The translations under genes and the position numbers were made by a program. From Bacteroidia bacterium (lineage in GTDB: Bacteria; Bacteroidota; Bacteroidia; Flavobacteriales; Flavobacteriaceae): a stretch of 64,000 bases of DNA. Below the pieces are notes generated by a model that was not told where the DNA came from, did no database searches, and worked only from the letters and a program-made list of their open reading frames with translations. How positions within the stretch are numbered: position 1 is the stretch's first letter; each line of letters opens with the position of its first letter. Below, in pieces: positions 56,487 through 64,000 of the stretch. The DNA lies in contig JBKHWE010000024.1 in the NCBI GenBank assembly GCA_046566705.1, positions 10,542 to 74,541 on the forward strand, written 5' to 3'.

Positions 56487-56571
56487 ATTGTTAATCAAAA
56501 GGTGAATTTTAATTTTCTGTTTGCGAATTTAATAAAAAATCAATCCGAAAACTATTTCAAAAATATTTTTA

Positions 56572-57717
56572 TTACGTTTTCAGGCTAATAACCTTTCCTC
56601 TGTCATCACTGTTATTACTGCCAATGATAAAGTCGGCACCCGCAGGCTTCATCTTATAAGTAAAGCGTTTGCCATGCCTATTCATAAATGCGATAATATC
56701 AGCATAGCCTATGGCTTCGGCATCAAAAATAATTTCAGCGCCCAGGTTTTGTAAAAATACGCTTTCTTGTGTTATTGCCCCTATCCTCTGCAGCGGTTTA
56801 TTGAGTTTGCTTTGCAGCGTCGTCGCAAGGCTTTCATTTTCAGAAATCAGAATATAATGTTCCGGTACCACTACCGCGCCCTTTTTATTTTTCTTGACGA
56901 ACATAAATGCAAACGCCCCCACCCTCATAAACATGTCGAATATGGGATAAGCGCGAAAATGTTTCTTATAAAAAAACTGCATCGCCTCACGGAAACGCCT
57001 CATGTAGGTACCATCCTTAACCGTACTCTCTCCCTTGAAATGTATGGCGGTAGCCCCACCGTAATAGTAGTTTTTCAGCCCGAGCTTGGTTACGGTATAC
57101 GACAGGTCGAAATCATCGCTGTACATAAAACAGTCTTCATCAAACCCGCCTGCCTGTAAGTAAAGCTCACGCTTCATAAACATGAATGCCCCTACAAGAA
57201 TATCGGTAGTGCCTGTACCATTTTCGGGAACAGCTACATTATAGTAGTGGTTAAATGATTTTATATTCGGGAAGAACTTGTACAAGCCCGAAACTTTAGT
57301 AAACGCCACCCAGGGTGTAGGCAGCCCGCGTTTGCTTTCGGGCAGGAAAGCCCCGCGCCCATCCACCAGTTTTATACCGGTAATGCCGGCATCGGGAGTA
57401 TTGTCTGCAAATGAAAACAGTTTTTCAAACGTGCCCTCCGCCACAACGGTATCGGGGTTCAGTATGCATACGTAGTCGCCTTTGGCAGCAGCCACACCTA
57501 TGTTGTTTCCTTTCGGGAAACCACTGTTTTCGGGGTGTGCTATGAGTGTAACATTGGGGAAGTACTCCTTAACCATCTGGCACGAATCATCGGGCGAATT
57601 GTTATCTACCACTATGATCTCGGCATCCAGGTTACGGGTAGCTTGTTGTACGCTTTGCAGGCACAGGTGCAAAAAATGCCGCACATTGTAGTTTAGTATG
57701 ACAACCGATAATCGCAT
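56572..57717 (-). CDS. glycosyltransferase family 2
   Basis: N-terminal LSVVILNYNVRHFL is followed by VVDNNSPDDS and NSGFPKGNN. Confidence 0.85.
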   Translation of the reverse strand: MRLSVVILNYNVRHFLHLCLQSVQQATRNLDAEIIVVDNNSPDDSCQMVKEYFPNVTLIAHPENSGFPKGNNIGVAAAKGDYVCILNPDTVVAEGTFEKLFSFADNTPDAGITGIKLVDGRGAFLPESKRGLPTPWVAFTKVSGLYKFFPNIKSFNHYYNVAVPENGTGTTDILVGAFMFMKRELYLQAGGFDEDCFMYSDDFDLSYTVTKLGLKNYYYGGATAIHFKGESTVKDGTYMRRFREAMQFFYKKHFRAYPIFDMFMRVGAFAFMFVKKNKKGAVVVPEHYILISENESLATTLQSKLNKPLQRIGAITQESVFLQNLGAEIIFDAEAIGYADIIAFMNRHGKRFTYKMKPAGADFIIGSNNSDDRGKVISLKT

Positions 57718-57854
57718 AGGGCAAATATAAACAAGTTAATACCGCTTACGCAAATTAACGCGGTCATTAACGCTTTTAGAACGGGCAGGTATTGTGTGAG
57801 CCTCAAAAAAACTTTGATGTTCAGCAGTCTATAAAATCAATATTATGTAATTAA

Positions 57855-57951
57855 GCCACGAATTTCACAAATCTTCACAAATTTTAATTTGCTCTTGTTT
57901 AATTTAGAAATTGAGGATTTTCAATTCGTGTGAATTCGTGAAACTCGTGGC
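57855..57951. repeat. word-hairpin element (CACGAA/CACAAA words and inverted TTCGTG words)
   Basis: The left arm GCCACGAATTTCACAAATCTTCACAAATT faces the imperfect inverted arm AATTCGTGTGAATTCGTGAAACTCGTGGC, about 40 nt apart. Confidence 0.7.
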
Positions 57952-58011
57952 AAATACGGGTAATCGTTATTTTCATTACATTTACCCTGTTGCACCACAC
58001 AAGCCAACCTT

Positions 58012-59946
58012 ATGATAGAAAAAACTACTTTTCACGCCGGCATATGCATGGCAGGGGCTGTTTCGGCAGGCGCCTATACCGCTGGCGTTATGGACTACCT
58101 GCTGGAAGCCCTGGAACATTGGGAAAAAGCAAAAAAACTACAGGAGCAGGGTAAGCTCACAGGCATCCCGAAACACAGTTTCCTTATAGAAGTACTGGGT
58201 GGTGCATCTGCCGGGGGTATGACAGCCGCCATAACCGCGGCAGGGCTACAGGAAGATTTTAAACCCGTTACGGCAAAAAATTACAACGACGAATCCATCA
58301 GCAAGAACAATCCGCTGTATAATGCCTGGGTAAACCTTAAGGAAGGAAAAGATACCAAAGGCAACTACCGTGATATGATGGATTTGCTTCTGGACACTAC
58401 CGATATAGAAAACGACAGCCTGAACCCGTCTAAGGAAGTACGGGCAGGGTTTAACTCCAATTTTATTAAGGATATAGCTGATTCCATGCTGGATAAGCGT
58501 GTGAGCCAATCCTATCAAAGACCGTACATAGCACCCGGGCTGGAAGTCTTTACCACACTGACTAACCTGCGGGGCTTTGCCTATAAGGTAGAGTTTAAAA
58601 CATCTACAGGCCTGCGCGAACACCGCATGCGCATGCACCGCGACTATGCTTTTTTTAGGATCGATGAAACTGCCGACAGTACCTACCTGAGTCCGGATGG
58701 TCGTATACCGGTACACTTTAATACGCCAAACGGGCTTAATACCGAAATATTGAAACAGGCCGCCATGAGTACCGGGGCATTCCCGGTGGGGCTCGAAAGC
58801 CGTGAACTAACCCGTGCACGTCACTACATAGAAAAGAGCAAATACATAAACCTCCTGGAGGCCGAAAAGGTAGAGTACCACTTTTTACCTGAAGGCGATT
58901 TCTTGTCGCTTAACGTAGATGGGGGGGTGATTAATAATGAGCCATACGAAATTACCGAACAGCTGCTGGAAGACCGAAGGGAGGCGCGCCTGCTTGCAGA
59001 TTACGACCGTAAACTCAGTGATGATACCGGCTGGGAACCCATGCCGTTCCATGTACCGGCCATAGCACGCGACGCGGCTAACTTTGAGAGCCTGGTGCTT
59101 ATGATAGACCCTTTCCCGAGCGATGATATTAATGAGGATGCTTTCAGGGCGCAAAAGGCATGGCGAAACGTATTGCCCACCATACTATCGGCCATGCGCA
59201 GCCAGCTGATGATGAAGGACGAGCAGATAAAACGCGCCTACCTGGACGAGGATTACACCCGTTTCCTGGTTATGCCGCAACGTACCGATGAAAACCACAA
59301 AGACCAAAAGTATACCATTGCCTGCGGATCATTGGGTGGATTCGGAGGGTTCTTTAGTAAGGAGTTCCGCAAGCACGATTACTTCCTGGGCAGGCGTAAC
59401 TGCCAGCGCTTTTTACAACGTCATTTCTCGGTAGCCGTTAAAGAACATAACCCCATACTCGATTATGGCTATGGCAGCGGCACTACCTGGGGCAACCTAA
59501 AGCTTAAAGTTAAAAATGCATCGGGCGTAGAAAACATGGAAGATTTTTACTGCATTATCCCGGACATAAGGGTTACAGGAAATGAACAGGAGGGTTACAG
59601 CATTGTTACACCCGATGAGGAAGAAAAATTTGCCTACCCCGGCATAAAATTGAGCTATATCCTTGGGCTTCGGGATAAGATAATAAAGCGTATAAAATGC
59701 GTTATGGATAATGTACAAAATGCCGAACCCCTGCCCCCTGCCCCAGAAAATCCGGTGGTGGCACGCATAAGGCGCAAAGGCTGGCTGGGCCGTCAACTTG
59801 ATGCCATATTTAAGAAACCGGCCGTAAAGGCGTACATCGGCATTGCAAAAAGTGCCGGTAAAGGACAGCTCGCCGACTTCTTTGTAGACAGCATTATCCG
59901 CGATATGGATACCCGCGGCCTGCTCGATGATGATGTTAAGAAATAA
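58012..59946 (+). CDS. patatin-like phospholipase family protein with long C-terminal extension
   Basis: An oxyanion-region variant CMAGAVSAGAY, the GASAGG Ser motif and NVDGGVINNEP (the DGG Asp) are present. Length is 644 aa. Confidence 0.8.
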   Translation: MIEKTTFHAGICMAGAVSAGAYTAGVMDYLLEALEHWEKAKKLQEQGKLTGIPKHSFLIEVLGGASAGGMTAAITAAGLQEDFKPVTAKNYNDESISKNNPLYNAWVNLKEGKDTKGNYRDMMDLLLDTTDIENDSLNPSKEVRAGFNSNFIKDIADSMLDKRVSQSYQRPYIAPGLEVFTTLTNLRGFAYKVEFKTSTGLREHRMRMHRDYAFFRIDETADSTYLSPDGRIPVHFNTPNGLNTEILKQAAMSTGAFPVGLESRELTRARHYIEKSKYINLLEAEKVEYHFLPEGDFLSLNVDGGVINNEPYEITEQLLEDRREARLLADYDRKLSDDTGWEPMPFHVPAIARDAANFESLVLMIDPFPSDDINEDAFRAQKAWRNVLPTILSAMRSQLMMKDEQIKRAYLDEDYTRFLVMPQRTDENHKDQKYTIACGSLGGFGGFFSKEFRKHDYFLGRRNCQRFLQRHFSVAVKEHNPILDYGYGSGTTWGNLKLKVKNASGVENMEDFYCIIPDIRVTGNEQEGYSIVTPDEEEKFAYPGIKLSYILGLRDKIIKRIKCVMDNVQNAEPLPPAPENPVVARIRRKGWLGRQLDAIFKKPAVKAYIGIAKSAGKGQLADFFVDSIIRDMDTRGLLDDDVKK

Positions 59947-60000
59947 CAACAAAACGTAACATTTTGCCCAACCCGGCTACCAATATATAAAAGCAACGCA

Positions 60001-61617
60001 ATGAAAAAACTGTTCGTAATATCGGCACTTATCATAGCCACCATGGCATCGGCACAAACCATAACAAGGCGCGACAGCCTGCAGGGGGGCCTGCGCCCGG
60101 AGCGTACAAACTATGATGTGCAGCGCTATGACCTGAACATTACCATAGACCCCGACAAGAAAACCATAAAAGGGTATAACGATATTACTTTTAAGGCCAC
60201 TGCACCTGCCAATCGCATTCAGGTAGACTTGTTTGCCAATATGAATATTGACGGAATTACGCTTGATAAGTTTAAAACCACCTATAAGCGCGATAACGAC
60301 GCCGTGTTTATTTCCTTTGATAAACCACTGCAAAAAGACAAAGAATATACCTTGCGCTTTTCGTACTCAGGTACACCGGTCATTGCTAAAAATGCCCCGT
60401 GGGATGGTGGTTTCGTATTCTCTAAAGACGACAATGGCAAGCCATGGGTAGCCGTAGCCGTACAAGGTACGGGCGCAAGCCTTTGGTATCCTGTAAAAGA
60501 CCACCAATCTGATGAACCTGACCGTGGCGCAAGCATAAAAGTAGCCGTACCAAACGGGCTTACTAACGTGAGCAACGGTAAACTGATAGGCAGTACCGAC
60601 CTTAAAAACGGTTATACACGTTGGGACTGGGAGGTAAAAAACCCGATTAACAACTACGACATTACCGTAAACATAGCCGACTACGAGCATTTCCACGATG
60701 AGTATAAAGGCATGCCGTTAGACTACTATGTTTTAAAAAGCAACATAGATAAGGCAAAGAAACAGTTTGAGGAAGTAAAGCCCATGCTGCAATGCTTTGA
60801 GGAAAAATTCGGGCAATACCCTTTTTATGAGGATGGCTATAAATTGGTTGAAACACCCTATCTGGGCATGGAGCACCAAAGCGCTGTTGCCTATGGGAAC
60901 AAATACCGCAAGGGTTATTTGGGTACAGACATTTCGGGAACCGGTGTGGGTATGAGTTGGGATTACATCATAGTACACGAAAGCGGGCACGAATGGTTTG
61001 GCAACAGCATAACCAGCAAGGACATAGCCGATATGTGGATCCATGAAGGGTTTACTACCTACAGCGAAACCGTATATGTAGAATGCCGTGAGGGTTATGA
61101 CCGTGCCATGAAGTACATTAACGGCCAGCGCTACAGTGTGGAAAACCGTAAACCGGCTATAGGCATTTTTGGTGTAAACAGGGAGGGCAGTATAGATATG
61201 TATTACAAAGGGGCATTGATGCTAAATACGATGCGCCACATTATAAATGACGATACCAAATGGTGGAAACTGATTTACGACTACTCCACAAACTTTAAAA
61301 AGCAAATTATAGAAACAGCAACAGTGGTAGATTTTTTTAACAAGGAGAGCGGGCGTAACCTGACACCGGTCTTTAACCAGTACCTGCGTTATGCTAAAAT
61401 CCCTGTGCTGCAACTAAAGCTGGACGGTAAAAACCTGCAATACCGCTGGGTAACCGATGAACCGGATTTTACCATGCCAATTGAAGTAGCCGTAAACGGA
61501 AAAAACATCCGCCTGGAGGCTACTAACAACTGGCAAAGCACCGCTACCGAAGCGACATCCTTAACCGACGTACAACCCGCCGATAAGAAGTTTTATATTA
61601 AAGTTGAAAAGCTTTAA
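60001..61617 (+). CDS. M1 family metallopeptidase
   Basis: It has a signal peptide, the HESGHEWFGN zinc motif and a downstream WIHEGFTTY. Confidence 0.88.
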   Translation: MKKLFVISALIIATMASAQTITRRDSLQGGLRPERTNYDVQRYDLNITIDPDKKTIKGYNDITFKATAPANRIQVDLFANMNIDGITLDKFKTTYKRDNDAVFISFDKPLQKDKEYTLRFSYSGTPVIAKNAPWDGGFVFSKDDNGKPWVAVAVQGTGASLWYPVKDHQSDEPDRGASIKVAVPNGLTNVSNGKLIGSTDLKNGYTRWDWEVKNPINNYDITVNIADYEHFHDEYKGMPLDYYVLKSNIDKAKKQFEEVKPMLQCFEEKFGQYPFYEDGYKLVETPYLGMEHQSAVAYGNKYRKGYLGTDISGTGVGMSWDYIIVHESGHEWFGNSITSKDIADMWIHEGFTTYSETVYVECREGYDRAMKYINGQRYSVENRKPAIGIFGVNREGSIDMYYKGALMLNTMRHIINDDTKWWKLIYDYSTNFKKQIIETATVVDFFNKESGRNLTPVFNQYLRYAKIPVLQLKLDGKNLQYRWVTDEPDFTMPIEVAVNGKNIRLEATNNWQSTATEATSLTDVQPADKKFYIKVEKL

Positions 61618-62650
61618 GCGTTTCGGCACGCTGTATTTTTCCGGTACCGGTTTCAGAGAATTTAGGAATAAACACCACCTCTTTCGGTTTTTCATATTTG
61701 TCTAATGCCACGTAGCAGTCGTCCGTAATTTCGCGGGGTTCGCCTTCAATAACCAGGACCATGCGTTCGCCCAGGGTATCATCGGGCTGGCCGTATACAA
61801 AGAAACGACGCTTTATAAAAAGCGACAGCTTTTCCTCTATTTGTTCCGGGTACAGCTTTATGCCGCCACTGTTAATCACATTATCATGCCTGCCCAGCCA
61901 TACAAAGTGGTGCGCATCCTTAACAGTAGCCAGGTCGTTTGTAACAATGGTAGTATCGGCTACGTTTGGCGCACTTATTACAAGACAGCCACGGGCATCT
62001 GTAGTAACACTTACATCCGGCAATGTGGTAAAGGCAACTTCGCCTACCCTCTTGGCGGCAATATGCGTTACGGTTTCGGTCATGGCGTAGGTCTCCCAGA
62101 TTTCACTTGGCAACGTTTGCAGCCTTGCCGAAAGCGCCTGGCTCACCTTGCCTCCGCCCAATATTATTTTTGTTACCTGCGAAAGCGTATCAAACGAACG
62201 CTCTGCCTGCAGGGGTACCATAGCGGCGAAGTCATATTTTTTGGTATTCTTTTCCAGCGGTTCAGACCCCGGAGTGGCCACATCCAGCCTCCATCCTAAA
62301 ATTATTGCCCTGACAAGCATCATTTTGCCCGCTACATACTGCGCAGGCAGGCAGTGCAGGGCTTTGGTACGCGCCCCAACATCAAAAAACGCACCGGTGG
62401 CCACGGCTGAATTAACCATGTGCTGCTTTTTAATCCGTATAAGCTTGGGCGTACCGGTAGTACCGCTGGTACGTATTTCCACATAGTCCTTATCATCAAA
62501 CCAGTCGAGCAAAAAATCGCCTATGGGCTGCTCGTGCAGCGTACCTTCTTTTATAAAGTCATAGCCCACCCCGCGCAGCTCGTTAGCGCCAAGATGGTAT
62601 CCGTTCAGCCTGAATTCGGGATGAACAAACCCGGGTTCATAGTAGTACAT
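61598..62650 (-). CDS. AMP-binding enzyme (short O-succinylbenzoate-CoA ligase-like)
   Basis: The TSGTTGTPK AMP-binding motif is present. Length is 350 aa, and the C-terminus carries a GKIQR lysine motif. Confidence 0.75.
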   Translation of the reverse strand: MYYYEPGFVHPEFRLNGYHLGANELRGVGYDFIKEGTLHEQPIGDFLLDWFDDKDYVEIRTSGTTGTPKLIRIKKQHMVNSAVATGAFFDVGARTKALHCLPAQYVAGKMMLVRAIILGWRLDVATPGSEPLEKNTKKYDFAAMVPLQAERSFDTLSQVTKIILGGGKVSQALSARLQTLPSEIWETYAMTETVTHIAAKRVGEVAFTTLPDVSVTTDARGCLVISAPNVADTTIVTNDLATVKDAHHFVWLGRHDNVINSGGIKLYPEQIEEKLSLFIKRRFFVYGQPDDTLGERMVLVIEGEPREITDDCYVALDKYEKPKEVVFIPKFSETGTGKIQRAETLKAFQL

Positions 62651-62660
62651 AATATGTGAA

Positions 62661-63578
62661 TTAATGGGTTAACGATTGCTTACTTGGTAAGGTGATTTTA
62701 GATGTAAGGCGTTCTTTCCAGCCCGTCCAGCCATATATTTTGGCAAACACAAAAAGCAGCAGCGGGTAAAAAATAAATACCGGCGCTATAACATCAAACC
62801 CGGCAGCAGGTACGGACAGGTCTTTTAGTACTGATGGTGTTTGCAGGGCGCTCCAGTCGCTGGTAACCAGCAGGCAGGCCGCCAGGTTATTTGCCGCATG
62901 GAAACCCAGGGCAAGCTCCATACCGTCATCCATAAGGGTAATAATTCCTAAAAACAAACCCGTGCCGATATAATACACGAGTACCAAAGGCCCCATTTTT
63001 TCCACCTCGGGGTTGGCTATATGCATAAGCCCAAAGGTTATGGATGTAAACAACAGCGGAAACAGCCTGCTGCGTGTGGCTATGCCCAGCCCCTGCATAA
63101 GATACCCACGAAACAGGTACTCTTCAAAGCTGGTTTGCAGCGGGATTAATATAACGGAAGCCACTAAAAGCGTTAGGAACGGCTGTAGCTTAAAGTTCCA
63201 CTCAAAATTTTCGGGGGCCGACAGGTAGGCAATCCATATCATACCCGCGCTTAGGCCACCCCAGATAAAGAACGAGGTAAAGAAACGCTTCCAGCTTATG
63301 GCAGGGCGCGCCGTGGTAAGGCTCGTAAGGCTTTGACGGTGTACCAGCCGCACCCAGATTAAGAGCACTATTAAAAATGCCCCAAGGGGTGCCACGGTTT
63401 GTATAAACACACTCATCTCCCCCTGCTGTTTTATCATTTCATGGATAAGCTTATCAGTATCGGTACCCATAACAAGTGTAGCCGCATAGTTAATCAGCAT
63501 CAGTAAAAAGAAAAATATGGGGATGGGCAGGTATTTTACAAAATCGTATTTCCTGGTGTACGCCTGTTCTATGTACAT
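62661..63578 (-). CDS. CPBP family intramembrane glutamic endopeptidase
   Basis: EEYLFRGYL, FGLMH and HAANN motifs are present in a polytopic protein. Confidence 0.8.
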   Translation of the reverse strand: MYIEQAYTRKYDFVKYLPIPIFFFLLMLINYAATLVMGTDTDKLIHEMIKQQGEMSVFIQTVAPLGAFLIVLLIWVRLVHRQSLTSLTTARPAISWKRFFTSFFIWGGLSAGMIWIAYLSAPENFEWNFKLQPFLTLLVASVILIPLQTSFEEYLFRGYLMQGLGIATRSRLFPLLFTSITFGLMHIANPEVEKMGPLVLVYYIGTGLFLGIITLMDDGMELALGFHAANNLAACLLVTSDWSALQTPSVLKDLSVPAAGFDVIAPVFIFYPLLLFVFAKIYGWTGWKERLTSKITLPSKQSLTH

Positions 63579-63645
63579 TATTTAAAGAATTGTTAATATA
63601 TGGTTCTCCTAAATAAATATACAACAATTAGCGGAGATATTGGGC

Positions 63646-63653
63646 TACCTTTG
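63646..63653 (+). promoter_or_regulatory. Bacteroidota -7 box TACCTTTG
   Basis: Matches TAnnTTTG 16 nt upstream of the ATG at 63670. Confidence 0.4.
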
Positions 63654-63669
63654 CCAAAAAGAAACACAA

Positions 63670-64000
63670 ATGCTTACCATATACCACAACCCACGATGCG
63701 GCAAATCACGCGAAGGGCTGCAACTTCTTGAATCATTGGACATCCCTTTTGAAACCTTAAAATACCTTACTGAACCGCTAACCAAAGAGTAACTCACAGG
63801 CCTAATACAGAAGCTTGGCATACGCCCTATTGAACTGGTACGCACCAAAGAAACCGTATGGAAAGAAAACTACCAGGGTAAACAACTTACCGATGCCCAG
63901 GTAGTTGAAGCCATGGCAGAACATCCTATACTTATGGAACGCCCTGTTGTGGTTAACGGTGATCGTGCGGTTATAGCACGCCCTGCCGAAAAAGTGAAGG
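63670..64000 (+). pseudogene. arsC: ArsC-family (glutaredoxin-type arsenate reductase-like) gene with in-frame TAA at 63790-63792; runs off the window
   Basis: Hand translation gives MLTIYHNPRCGKSREGLQLLESLDIPFETLKYLTEPLTKE*LTGLIQKLGIRPIELVRTKE...ILMERPVVVNGDRAVIARPAEKV. The catalytic Cys is present, and the frame is open on both sides of the stop. Confidence 0.6.

Noticed and set aside
22498-63792. Genetic-code change (TAA reassigned as a sense codon) as the explanation for the two in-frame TAAs
   Set aside because: Many well-defined genes in the window terminate at TAA at the expected protein ends, for example the genes ending at 7081, 8076, 14636 and 23129. TAA is therefore a normal stop here.
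63645-63848. 67-aa minus-strand ORF in the track
   Set aside because: The opposite strand encodes a recognisable ArsC-family protein, so this is its antisense shadow.
1-64000. tRNA, rRNA, tmRNA, transposase, prophage or CRISPR-Cas content
   Set aside because: I looked for T-arm-like GGTTCGAATCC-type motifs, rRNA-like conserved blocks, IS-type terminal inverted repeats with a transposase ORF, and cas-like ORFs. I found none.

Overview
This 64-kb chromosomal window reads as a Bacteroidota, Flavobacteriia-like genome. The evidence is a T9SS C-terminal sorting domain, an rpmB-rpmG-DUF4295 cluster, TAnnTTTG -7 promoter boxes, SusC-type CarboxypepD_reg/plug modules and little Shine-Dalgarno signal. 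I support about 62 protein genes. I saw no rRNA, tRNA, CRISPR array, transposase or phage module. Most of the window is housekeeping: a trpE-G-D-C-F operon, secA, ftsY, rpmB/rpmG, xerD, an ABC-F ATPase, a 2-oxoacid dehydrogenase E2, cinA, and a cyanophycin cluster (cphA divergent from cphB plus isoaspartyl peptidase). Accessory-looking content includes an AT-rich islet with a ParB-like/HAD-phosphatase two-gene cassette, higBA, a lone SIR2-like gene divergent from an EcsC-Nudix pair, and a 644-aa patatin-like lipase. It also includes an ECF sigma factor coupled to a 1000+ aa chimeric TM/CarboxypepD_reg/plug/coiled-coil/vWA protein, and tandem lipid A-type acyltransferase paralogs. Features absent from the ORF track are a 24-codon WWW leader peptide with a terminator in front of trpE, a 50-aa DUF4295 ORF, and an arsC-family gene at the right edge. 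Two otherwise intact genes (ParB-like and arsC-like) each carry a single in-frame TAA. Many intergenic gaps, including two inside operons, hold hairpin elements built from short degenerate tandem words followed by their inverted copies. A 540-bp gene-free stretch at 20348-20886 contains duplicated hairpins and an orphan terminator. I did not find one clearly novel multi-gene system. The best candidates are the ParB-like/HAD cassette, the sigma/vWA chimera, the SIR2/Nudix/EcsC neighbourhood and the word-hairpin element family. All functional calls rest on motif recognition by eye and need HMM or BLAST confirmation.
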